Made by a program: the position numbers and the translations under genes. DNA of 64,000 nt from Styela clava (taxonomy: Eukaryota): positions 8,990,001-9,054,000 of the forward strand of contig NC_135256.1 in NCBI RefSeq assembly GCF_964204865.1, in the 5' to 3' direction. Of the stretch, positions 39,278 to 51,800 are shown piece by piece. Below the pieces are notes generated by a model that worked only from the letters and a program-made list of their open reading frames with translations, was not told the origin of the DNA and ran no database searches. Within the stretch, counting starts at the first letter, position 1, and each line of letters begins with the position of its first letter.

Positions 39278-42200
39278 ATTTCAATGGATCCTTTTACATC
39301 CACTAATCCTATTTTAAATGAAATATAATAGAAGTGAATAATTATATTCTTATTCTAATTTAGAAATAAAATAAAAAACTTCTGCGATACAATGAGACGT
39401 CATTTTTCATTAAAAACCCGTCATGGAAATCAAATAACCTGTAGTTGTATTCAAGTAAACATTCATGTATTTGGTTTCTAGGGAATCTCGTCGCACTCAG
39501 TAATTATATTCGAAGTTGTTTGTAGTTGTATTCAAATGACTTTACGATTTAAATAGTAAACCACTTCATAGGATAAAATGTAATAACGTCTTTTCTCTAA
39601 TCATAGTGTGTTCAGGATGTGTCGTATATGGATGTATGTAATATGTCACCACGGAACTTGCAGATGCGCAAATGTACAGATGCGACTTATAAAAGAGGTA
39701 AACATTCTATATTAATTTGTTAACTTTACGAAAGCATTAGTAGAGCACTCAACCAATGCAAAAATGTTATAAATCGCAGATTACAGAAGCCGGCTTTGCA
39801 AGCTGCTACGAACATGAAAGAAGTTGCAATGGGTAATTGACTTTCATTTTGACATATATGCATTCAAGCATTGTCAAGTATTCTTTTCAATTTTGGTTCC
39901 ACTAGCTGCGCTCTAACCGTAAAAAAGTCTGAAAGTATAATATAACTAAGACTAACTAAAAATGTATCTTTTGACCTTGCTTTATAAAATAGATGTTCTA
40001 ATACACTAAATACTGCACACAGCCTGTCATTGCTTGACTAGATGTATCTAGTATGTATTAATTAGTTTCTCATTCATTCATGAGTCGCTTCGATTTCGCA
40101 ATTAATATACCTCACTGTGGGTGGATGAACTTAATTAATGATATATTGCGGGCTGATCGTAAATTAACCGATATTAATCACGTGAAATGATCGGGTAACT
40201 ATTGAATTTGAGTATATTTAGCATATTTTATTTCGTAGGTTAACGAATGATTGCCGGCATATTTCAACTTACTCGTATAACGTTGTCGAGTGATATAAAA
40301 TACCATACTAAGCAACCTTCTTGGAAAGCGATGAAAGGTGCCATACTCTCAAAGCATCGGTAGCGCGGAATAAATAAATCATACTATGCCCCTGAGAATT
40401 AACTCGATCAAAGATATATTGCGATTCCCTTTCCGTCCACAGGTATTTCACCATTCGACGACCCCTCCGTCGATATGCGAAATGAATATCACTTGACGTA
40501 TGCAGCGACTCGAACTTGACAGATCATTTAGTTAGATTTAAAACATACATGTTTTATCTAATATCCACAATTCACAGCAATCACTCGGCTGCATGCTGAC
40601 AATCGCTAAATTTCATATGTAAACTATAGACTGTGGACTTCATACTGATCTACACCACAAAATCAAGCATATCATATTTCCTAAGCTTCTTAGTCATGAA
40701 CGAAAATCCAAGGATTACGATATTTCATCTCCTCAAATTAGCATGAACCGCATGTAGTGTATATAGCGCATAACGAACATCCATGAAATTAATGATAAAA
40801 GCATCTCCATTTATCTATGCATTGTGCTTGATTTGGAACGAAATTACAAGAAGCAGATAGCTCATGCATAGTTACTATATTTCACTGTTCTGGGAGTTAA
40901 ACCCGGTTGCCGACTCAAGAAAACAATATATAGTTTGTGCTTCGTCTTATTCGCTGCCAATTAACTGATTATATTCAAGGAATTTAGCCTAAAAACAAGA
41001 TCCATCGATTCGTTAGAATGATTACGTGGGCTTAGCTTCCAACCGCGGAACGCCACAGTAAATAGTCTATAATCGTTTTAGAAACAGTCCCAAAATCCAT
41101 TTTCTAAAATGTAATCGGTTTGAAAATTTTATAAATTGTAAGTTACCGGTTGTTTATATAAAAATACGATGGAAAAAGATGTCTGGACTTTTTCAACATT
41201 TCAGGTTAGAATGTAATTAAAACCGCAAAAACGGTTTTGCCCGTCTTGCCCTGGAAATTTTAAACGCGAGTTTTTGCATTTCGTCCCGTCACTTAAAGCA
41301 ATATTTAGATGTTCGCTTAGGAAGTAAAGTATTGCAGGTAACGCCGAAAAGGAAGCTTGAGTTCGTTAACCCAAGATCAAATTACCGTTTTTTTATCTAT
41401 TAAAAGGTTAACGTTACTTTGCGACTTATCGAAAATGCATTTGTGGTGAACTGACGACCGAGTTCATAGAATAATGTTTTTTGTACGTCATTTGTTTCCC
41501 AGAGTCAAGTATCCGAAACGTTTTCAGTGATTATGAGTTCTTACTTGGATATTTCGGCAAAAATCAGTACAAAATATGGCGGCTCAAGCCAAGTTTTAAA
41601 ACATATTTTCCAGTTCATTTTCAAATTTCAAATTACGATTAGAGATATGATATATGATTGATAAAATAGAGAAACACAAAAAACAAAATTGTGGGTTACG
41701 TTATGTGCGTAAGCAGTCAATGAAGTGGTAGGACTATATACCCATTCATATTATATGTTTATGCAACATTCTATGATGTAAACGAATAAATTTGGAAACT
41801 GCTGTTTGGGGACGGAATAAATTTCGGTTTCGATATTTCTGATATATAAGGATGATAAATATAGGAAAAGGATTTCTGCAAAACAATATATACCCGAAGT
41901 AAAATTTGTGAGGCAAATATTACTGTTTTTCATGCCTGTACAGGTTGCTTAATGCGAGAGATTAAATTTTTAAAATCCTACACATAGATGTGCGTCGAAC
42001 ATAGCATTATCCAGGCACCTAAAACTGTATAAATCATTCAAAATTTGATCTAATTGTTATTTAACTTCACCTTTCTTACCTTATGCAGTCTGAGAAAACT
42101 TTACACTAACACTATGCATATATAGATCGCGTTGAAATTCATATATCCCAAACAAATTAAAAAATACCCCTAAAATGTTGATAGATATAATATATCAAAT

Positions 42201-43192
42201 ATTTGTATCGATATGAAATCTTCAAGAAGCCAGAGAAACTACAGGCGTCAACTTTTTTCGTTACCAATGATATTCCTATTTCTTCTTTTAATAAAATTAA
42301 CATTCTTCATTGAAAGGTCACGCGCACTGAATAAAAAGTAAAGAAAACTCATTGAGAAAATTCACTGGTGGCCTAAAGTATTCAAATAAATCACCCAACT
42401 AAAAGTGTCACTCACGAGTAATACTCATTCATTAACTTATTATATATATTATAAATTCAAAGTTCAATATAATTTCTCCGGTTAAGGTGAAAGATGCTAT
42501 GTTCACACAGCAACAGTGCCGAAAGAACGAATCCGCGTTTTCTGGCGTTCGTATTACCCATGCTACGTTGCTAAAGCCAACTTCGTGACCTCGACGGCGT
42601 ATTATATATTGTAAAAAGAACAGACCAATTTAGCCGACATCGTGACAAATATTTGAAGAAATGGAGTGTCTCAATTTTTAAAAGCAATGTGAATTACAGG
42701 AATATTTGTGCCCTTTAATAATACAATTCATCACACTGTTAAAAGTCGGAGAATGATATATGGCATTTTCGGTATTTGTTTCGTCGGTAATTTCTCAATG
42801 AGGAACATGCAGCATATTTAGTGTTTTACCACGCATGGTTAAATGATGGAACTGTTTTTAGAAGCATACAACTCGACTACAACAAACAATTTAAATCTTT
42901 GTTTCACGGTTTGAAAGAGTTCGCTGGTACAGCGCCGGATGTAATGTCTGTCTGAAACGTATTCATTGCAACAGGAAGCAGAGTACTTAAGTCAGACATT
43001 AGCTAGCTTTCAAATGGTACGAATACAAATTGGAAACGATATCAATTGTGATATTTCGGAGAACTCGCGCAAGTCATGTAAGTTGTGCCATTGTGAATGC
43101 CTAAAGTTGAGCAACAATGAATAAATTGCTGTCGCGTTTGGAAATCATGAAGATTTCGTATGCGTTGAGTCAAAATCATACCCAATTTGTTA

Positions 43193-43423
43193 CTCCCGTA
43201 GTATGTGAACCAAGATGACGGACACCGGAACGTAGTGTATATGTGTACCAGGTTAGGGTCAGGCCATAATTTTAGTCCAATTTTCTTTATATTAGTTCTA
43301 TTACGAGTTCGGGGACTAGCCAAGTGACTCCCGGAATATTTGTACCTGAAATTATGGCCTACCCTAACCTGGTTCACATACTACGTTTTGGTGTCCGCCA
43401 TCTTGGTTCACATACTACGACAG
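43193..43423. mobile_element. Fold-back MITE with long TIRs and TA target duplication
   Basis: About 80-bp inverted arms CGTAGTATGTGAACCAAGATG.CGGACACC..CCAGGTTAGGGT.AGGCCATAATTT, flanked by TA on both sides. Confidence 0.85.
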
Positions 43424-44904
43424 TACCCCTAATTTATTCCAATGATAATATAATATTAATAAAGTACGTCGTTTGCAGTTTTCTTCAAATTTGTAGGTCT
43501 GCGCGGAATTGGACTAATGGGTGTCTGCAGACAATTTATTTAAATATGTGGATTCCATACTGTCCCATTGCCGCAAAGCTGTTTTATATCAATAACCACA
43601 GAAGTATTTATCTGCGGAACTTGAACTTCACATTTCATAGGTCGCGCACTTTGGTTTTTATCTTTTCCAGCTCAAAGAGATTTACTAATAATTTGAAAGA
43701 TTGAATGATGGTGTTTTTATAGTGCGTCCTGAGTTTTCAAACAGAAAGCAAATATATAAACTTCAAAATAGTATATATCGGGAACGAATACGCATTCATC
43801 GGAAATACAGGCACTAATTTTGATTCTGTTATAGCGAACGTGCGTAAAGTGGGTATCCATTACATGCCATGCTGTTATGCTCTTTACCAGAGTAAATTTT
43901 CGATAATGTACGTTTCATTAAATCGGTGTAGGGGTCTTTTTGTTAATAAAGGAGTTTTATATTATACACGGGAGTTTTTGTTGCTTAGTTTGGTGATTTA
44001 ATTATTAATACAAACATTCCACTCTTACTTGGTCTTCATTTATTCATTCTCGTGTATAACAACATCTATATATATATAATTTGTTGATCCCCAGAATTAT
44101 TTATGAAGTTGTATAAGGGTAATTCTTATCTGAAACTCGCCCCGGGAAGCAGAAGTTTGGTACGCCCCTACATCAAAGAGATCCCACACGCTTTCACGAC
44201 TGCGTCATCATGAGCACAAAGTAAGTTTATTTACCAGCGTCATCTTCTGGTATGATCTTTTTGCGATGTATCGAAGTCCGCATTAGACACAGAGGGATAG
44301 AGGAATTTTTGTCAACCATAAATACAGCCATCAATACATTAAATAGGTAACAGTAATAAAATTGTCTTGGTGGGGCCAGGAGGAAGCGATACGGCCCTGT
44401 GTATGTTCCCAAGGTCGAAATTTAACGACTTTTGATTCAAAACACCGTCGTGCTCTCAATTTGTTCTGTATTGAACTTCTTCTATTTACCAGACGTATTA
44501 TTCTATGAAGGAAACTATCGAGCATCGGCCCACGGCTTTGGTCACGGCGTAATACGGCCTGAAGAAGATTCCGATTTGCCCGAACCACCCTATCGTTTTC
44601 ATTTTCTATCGATTCAACTTCTAATACAAGGATGGCCAAAAAGCAGATACGTGAACCACTATTTATTGTTCTTTTCTATAGTGCTGCAAATGAACAGACG
44701 ACCAAGTAAGTACCTCAACAATTCACAATAGATCCTTAAAGATCAAGGAGCTGCCACGTTACTTGTTTTGAAACCTTAAACAAATGTATTTGTGAGGAGC
44801 AGTATTGACCTTGAATATTGCATAGGTTGCATAGAGTTGAGCACAAAATACAAAACATCAGAATGAATAAATAAAATATTATATTCTCGGATCGGGTGCT
44901 GAGT

Positions 44905-47900
44905 TTACAGTGTTGTACACTTCTTTATAACATAGCGCAATGTCATATCACAAACTAAGGATAAATGATCAGAAGGATAGTTTAACGAAGGGAGTCTATT
45001 TGGACCAATCAATTCATCAGATGGTAATTCTAAAATACTGTTTATATTAAAATAGCATTTTGAATAAAATACATAATCTACAGTTTTGGGGTTTTCTCCA
45101 CTAGGCCTGATGCACCAAGTTGTATAAGGTGGTTCACTATCATTGTAACCATTATTGGTAGTTTGAGGATTACTGAGTGAAGTATATGCACTGTTAAATG
45201 AGTTGTCATTATATTCTCTCATAACTTTGTAGACAGGCTCGTTTGGTGTTGCATTGAAGTCACCACACAGCACTATGGGAATATCAGACTTCAAATAAGG
45301 TTGGAGATATCTGTAAGTAATAATAGAAACTGAGTTGTAAATAAAAAAAATAGCGACTTTGAAAATCAAAATACGAACAACACAATAAATCAAGTCAAAA
45401 TTGTAAATAATAATTTCAAAAAATCATTAAGTGTAAAATAAATCCAGATCAAGTTGAATCCAAAGAATAAAAAGCTATAAATTTCAGATACTAGACATCA
45501 TTTGGATAAGGCAATGGATTATAAATGAATCAACAACATCTAACTTGGCTTAATTTGATAATGAGAGAGGGTAAAATTCAGACCTTTCACTGTATGATTC
45601 TAGTTGTAAAGGCATTATTCCCAAAAAAACTTACACTTATTAATAGAATAACCTGTTGGTTTAAAATTCTCAATTTGAACAAAGAAAATTAGTCTCAGTT
45701 AGTCAACAATACTAAAACAATAAAAGATACCTTAAAATATCATTTCCTTGAGATAAACGAAGATTTTCATATCCAGCTTTTGCTTTTAAATGAGTTGTGC
45801 CAACTAGAATTTGGTTTCCAGTTCGTTTGAACTTTAGCAGCTGGAACAAGGCAACATGATTCGTCCAAAATGTTAATGTTTTTAATGTTACTCCCTTGAA
45901 GTCTACCAGTTCAAATTTTTCAGGGCTGCAAAAAATATGTCAATATATAATACTCCATTAGGGATTTGTATACTTCAATATTATTTAATAAGTTCAGCAG
46001 TTCGTCAATAATAGTGATTTCAAAATCATAATCAGCCAAGGGATAGAGTAAAAAAATGTATTTACTGGGTAAAAAAAGTAAAAAGTTTTCAAGTAAATCT
46101 GCCCCAAGGCAAGATCACATACACTCACTCAGAAATAAAGAAGACTGATCTGCAAGCAAAGTTATGGGTGGCCACTGAAATGGCAAGAGCTGCTGAGACT
46201 ATAAAAAATTAAAATGATGAATTACGCAATCACTTACTTGAAGAACATTGCACATCCATCAGGTCCACTATTATTCTGAACATCAAGACATGGTGACCAG
46301 GGTTTGGGTAAAAAAGCACCTTTGTATCCCGCCTGTAAATATATTGATAACCTGTAAACTATCAATAGCCATTAATCTGAGTATGAATTCTCAACATTCT
46401 TTTGAATGACTACCTTGGGCAATTAACATTTTGAAAGAGATGCTTAAGTTTTATTTTGAATAAATTTATCTCCGAAAATTGATGCCATGCATTGAAATTT
46501 GCATTAAAAAACTTTATGCTAATATTTTCCTTAAAACCAAGGATAATGACACAAATTGACAAAATTTCGGTTATTCTGAAACCCAGGGTGTCATCAAAGT
46601 AGGTCACAAATCGCTAGAATCTTCGAAAAAGACCAGAATATTTCCAGTCCTAAGTTGATCCACTCTGGGTGAGGTTGGTGGCAATTGGGTTCAAATCTTA
46701 AATTTTCTAACTTATTAAACCAGCCTAGATCTGACAATGCACTAGCCTCCAGAAATGACACCAGAAGTTTGTTCACACTATTTAAATGTGGATCATTATT
46801 TTAATTACCTTGCTCAATTGGATGTTGAAAAAATCATTGAAATGATCAACTTCTTGTAGACATATAATATCTGGTGAATATTTTAATATTTCTTCTAAAA
46901 TTTTCATTTTTCGAAAATTCCAACATTTTGCATCTTGTGGACATTTAATAAAATTATCTTTGCCTTTGCAGAGAGCTGGTGAAGAAAACACAAAATGATT
47001 GAAAATATCTAGAAATAAGCAATATGTCCAAGATTGAAAGAGTTGGGAAAATTAGATAGTTGATCGAAAACTGGTAAATTAAACAATCATTTAATTTGGA
47101 TTATAATGACTGTGTGAAAAATGCCATTAGAAACAGGCAAAACAAATTGAATAGGTATTCAAATACGTTCAAAATTTAATATACCAAGAGGTATTCGAAA
47201 AGTGAATTCTTGTTTAAAAAATATTTTTATTTGAAATATTTTGTATTGAACATTAACCTCCTACAGTCAAATTAAAGATAGAATTATTCATCTATTAAAA
47301 AAACTGGAAAATGGAATATTAGACAAAACTTAAACTGAAAATAGGATAGATACAATATTCCATATTCAAATACATTTTGAAGAATGCACTGTATACATAA
47401 TAGTGAAATTCGTCATCTCCAATTATTTTTGAAAACTCCACATACCATCTGCAAGGATATTCCATTGCATAATTCTAAAAGATTGTCTTGTATCATTCTT
47501 TATCACTCTATCATCAATTTGCACAACATCAATAAACTTTCTTCCCAGAAGTTTGTGAGAGTCTACTATTGATTCATTGAACGAATCTATAAACTTCTTG
47601 ATTCTAATGCATGGATAACAAGAATAACTAGTGAAACAGACAAACTCAATTATATGCTTTCCTTTAATCAATTTTTTTCCATGTATTGTTCTTCTTGCAC
47701 AAATATTTATATTTTAACCCCTTAAAATAGTGTTTTTAAACATTAAATATTAATTAAGGTATGTCTATTAATAAGGTGAAAACGGTGTCTGGTGACTTCC
47801 TATGAAAAATAGTTTGTTTCATTGTGATCAATTAGTACGGAATACTGATATAGAAGAGTCGGCTCAGTTCAATCTTAATGGGTGATATCAAGTCAAGTAA

Positions 47901-48428
47901 GTTTATTTTTTCCAACCAGTAAAAAATAATCAGTTTTATACAAAGTACAAAAAAAAAAAAGGTAATCACACATTTTAACTGGGTAAGGGAAGCCGCGAGG
48001 AACCAAGGCTGGTTATCGAACACCGACGCCCAGGGATCTCATATCTAATTAAAAAAAAACAAAAAACTTAGATTCGGAACTACTGTTTTTGTCATGAGTA
48101 TAATTCTTATACTGTACCGGTATAGAAAATTAACCAACTACTATATTTAGAGATAGATAAATATTTGCTTAACATAATCAAAAATCCCATAATGGAGTTA
48201 GGAGATTATGTCTGAATTACCAGATTCTGAGATTACCATAATACTATTACTATATTATTACAATAATAATAGATAAGTACAACAGATGGACATAGAATGA
48301 ACTGTAAAATCATACTCATTTTTATGATTGCCATCTACGTTTGAACCATGGTCTTCCATTCCAACCACTCGATGATTTTCTTCTACTGGCGATTGCGGCA
48401 ATACAAATCTTCCTATTATAGAGCCCAT
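44905..48428 (-). CDS. NOCT: Nocturnin (EEP-family NADP(H) 2'-phosphatase)
   Basis: Exons: 48428-48316 (MGSIIGR.., inferred), 47603-47446 (..RIMQWNILAD), 46975-46809 (ALCKGKDNF..PDIICLQEVDHF), 46332-46238 (FLPKPWSPCLDVQNNSGPDGCAMFF), 45925-45731 (TTHLKAK), 45310-44905 (CGDFNA..EPPYTTW.IR..DY..LPSLNYPSDHLSL). PKPWSPCL and GPDGCA are nocturnin-diagnostic. The 5' end is less certain. Confidence 0.95.
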
Positions 48429-48818
48429 TACTAATATCCATACGAGTAATACTGTAATAGGAGGAAGTCAGCAAGCATTTATGATTTACAACCAGGCGGA
48501 GGTGGGGAAATCCCTGTCTCAAGTGAACATCAGTTCGTTCGTGACTGTATCAAACGAGCATTGGGGGCATAACAAATATATTGTCAAGTAAGCAATTTGC
48601 TACATTAAAAGATGAATTACTACAAAATAGTATTAAATGGATAAAATACAAATCAATTTACGGACATGGACATAAATATACGCAAATGATAAATCGACTC
48701 CGGATCTCTCAGGCGGACGTGTATCCATGACAACGTATGCGCGTCAATAAGGCTGGGCTCAAGAGTTGAGCCTGCTTCGCATTTCCGTGCAGTCCGAGCG
48801 GGATTATACTCAATAATC
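48429..48818. promoter_or_regulatory. Candidate bidirectional promoter / 5' region of NOCT and ANKRD53
   Basis: Only 390 bp between the divergent start codons. Locally CpG-rich. Hairpin GGCTCAA-GAG-TTGAGCC at about 48756-48772. Minus-strand acceptor CTGAC..TTCCTCCTATTACAG ending at 48452. Confidence 0.55.
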
Positions 48819-51800
48819 ATGTCTTCTCGACAAGCTGGAGGAAGGCGAGATGGCGCACCACGTAGGAGAAGGCAATTAGTCATTAAAGAAAGAAATATTT
48901 CGGCTGATGAGTTTATGGCTGCCAGTATCGGTGATGTTGAATGGCTTGATCAAAGTTTAAGAGATGGAAGAAATCATTCAAGTTTCGACAAAAATGTAAG
49001 GCAATAATGCAATGTAACTGTGTTTCATAATCTTTTTTTACCATTTGGATAAGGGTTTTTTATCGTCTGATTGTTATATGTTCAAATAGAAAAGCGTGAG
49101 AAGCGAAGCATCAAAAATCTAATAAATATAATACCATATTCGAGATATGCAAGGGTTAAAGAATTCTGAATTTCTGTGTTTTAGTACCGTACTCACTTCA
49201 GTAAGGAACTTTTTAATATTGAATTAATTTGTTGTTTTGTTTCTAAACAGGTATGTGATCTGCCATCATTTTGTCTGGTTCCCCTGGATATCATGCTAGC
49301 GGCGGTGTGGCTCAACGGGCTAAGCGTTAGGAATACGCTCGCCACCGCACCTCTAATTACTCTGCGTGGGTTCGCAGGTTCGAATCCCATGCAGGGATGG
49401 TTATGTGCGAGAGGATTGCTGGACTCCTCGCCGTCGTTGGGTGGTTCACGTAACCGCTGGTCGGTTACGGCTTCCTCCACCACCAAGTCCATGCTTCCGA
49501 AAAACAAACAATACAGTAAAAACTAATCCCATACCCGACTTGGAATGGTAACCGGACGAGAGGCCGTGGTTCGCCATATGGATAAGCCGTCTTATCGGCT
49601 TTCCTCTCCCCCGGGGTAAATATGTAAATCCTATCCCTATCCCTGGTTCATATAGTGATTTTGAAAAATAGACAAAAAATTCACTCTTAACATTTGGTCT
49701 GGATATCTTATCCATAAATATTCAATAAGCAAATTTTTATATTCGAGTGATGTTTTATAAAATCAGCAAAAAAGAAAAAACAAAGTTAATGCTAAAATAA
49801 TCAAGAATATATTTTTGATTTTAGGAGATTTTTAATATTTTCCTAATCGTATTAAACTCCTATTAATTTCCAATTTCAGGGTTTGGCACCAATTCACTTG
49901 GCAGCTTTACATGGTCGATTAAATTGCATTCAATTACTTGTGGAGAAGTATGAAGTTGATGTTAACCTTATTTCATCGACTGGATGGACTCCACTCCATC
50001 TCTGCATTAATCATGAAACAGGATCGAGGGCACTCAAATGTATGAATTACTTGATTGAAAACAACGCTGATGTAAATTGGTGAGATTGTTTGTTCAAATA
50101 CTGTTGAAAAAGATCAATATGAAGGATTCTTGTGGTACATTTTGAATAAGGCTGTATACAGAAAGCCATTGATATGTAACAGGTTCCAATACATGTAAGT
50201 CCAACGCTATCACAAATTGAAGAATGTCCGGACAATTTTTCTATGAAATTAGATCATTTAACAAAACTGCTATTTAATGAAGATATGATAAATATTTAAA
50301 GAAATTAATAACCTTTATAAATTTCACTGATGTAGAATTTTCATTCAAATAATATTTAATCCAATATTTTTCTGATGAGATAAATTATAAGCAATCTTTA
50401 ATTTCTTGTAGTCAAAATGATGATTGCGTAACACCTTCACATCAAGCTGCAAGTGAAGGACTGGTTGAATGTATGAAGTTATTGATTGAAAGAGAAGCTG
50501 AATTAAATGTTGCTGATGTCAGAGGGCATTTACCTCTTGATCTCGCAAGATTGTGGAGTCATAAAAATTGTGCAAGAATAATTAGAACTGAAATGTGGAA
50601 ACGAGAAAAACAAGAAAAAGCAGAAGAAATGAAACAATTGAATATGTAAGGAAACCAGAAAAGTTGCTGTAATTGTAATAGTTGTAAATTGTACTTTCAA
50701 ACCATGATATCGAATATGTAACAATAATAGTAAAATTACCTGAAATTATCAGACGAAACGCAAAGTATTCTTAAAAATCAGTGTTCTAAAATTTAGGTAT
50801 TATAATATCATTTCGAAAAGCTCAGAAAGACAAATTAGTTATAATGATAACTTCCATACAGACAAAGTGCTTTAGAAGTGAAATGGACTGATTTAATATT
50901 AAGATGATTAATATGGAATTAAGTATTTTTAAAATACAGAAATGTTTTGTTGGATAATATAGAATCATAGCATCTGTGGCTTGTTATACTTTGCCAATTA
51001 ACCCTTAATGAAGAATGTGTATGGATTAGTTTAGAAAATCTTCTTCTGTGATCAAAAAAAAAATTGGTCCAAATTATTTTTCTTAAAATTTAGTAATCAA
51101 TCAAGTGTTCTTTTTAAGTTCCAAAATGAAAAGTGCAAGTTAATCAAGAATTCATATTAGGGCTTTAGAAACATTAAAAATTATTTTGCTACAATAAAAC
51201 TGATGAAAAAAATTAGTGTTTAGGGAATCATTTTATGTAATAATTTATAATCTTGTGTTGCAGTGTGAAAACATACTATAAGGAATTGCAAAAGGAAGCT
51301 GTTCTTCAATTAAAAAATGAGCAAGAATTCTATGGAGGAGTTGCTTTTGGAAATTGGCTTGATGATAAAGGACTTCCAGAAAATTTAAAAAATAATTCCA
51401 TTTTTCAACGAGAAAGGTAATGTAATTATAAACATGTTTTAAATAGTATTATGTTATGTTGATTGAAGTCGAAAAGTTGAATTCCATGGAATCGGAAATC
51501 AGATTTTCAGACCTTTAAATAGTAACAATCAAGTCAAAAATTTCTCCTGTAATCAAAATAATTAAGGCTTTGCAAAAGTCCTACATATGTTAGAGTTTTT
51601 ATCATTGGAATGTGATTTCTATGAGAGTTCGGAGCTGAGTCGAATGTTCCATCAAACTGAAGTAGAATAATACAGATAAAACTAATCAGTGAGTATCATA
51701 TGAATTAAATATAGTAGGATAGGATTTACATATTTATACTGGGGGAGAGGAAAGCCACTAAAAAGACCTAATCATAGGACGAACCCCGGTATCTCGTCCG

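Noticed and set aside
39400-43000. Hidden gene in the lectin-nocturnin intergenic region
   Set aside because: No phase-consistent exon chain or recognisable peptide found by eye. Non-coding exons cannot be excluded.
48442-48522. TTG-initiated extension of ORF 48322-48522 as a mitochondrial presequence
   Set aside because: The start is not ATG and lies upstream of a strong splice acceptor. Only the part from ATG 48441 is kept as a hypothesis.
49301-49400. tRNA gene
   Set aside because: It has A and B boxes but no convincing cloverleaf, continues into a repeated body and tail, and has degraded copies elsewhere, so it is a SINE head.
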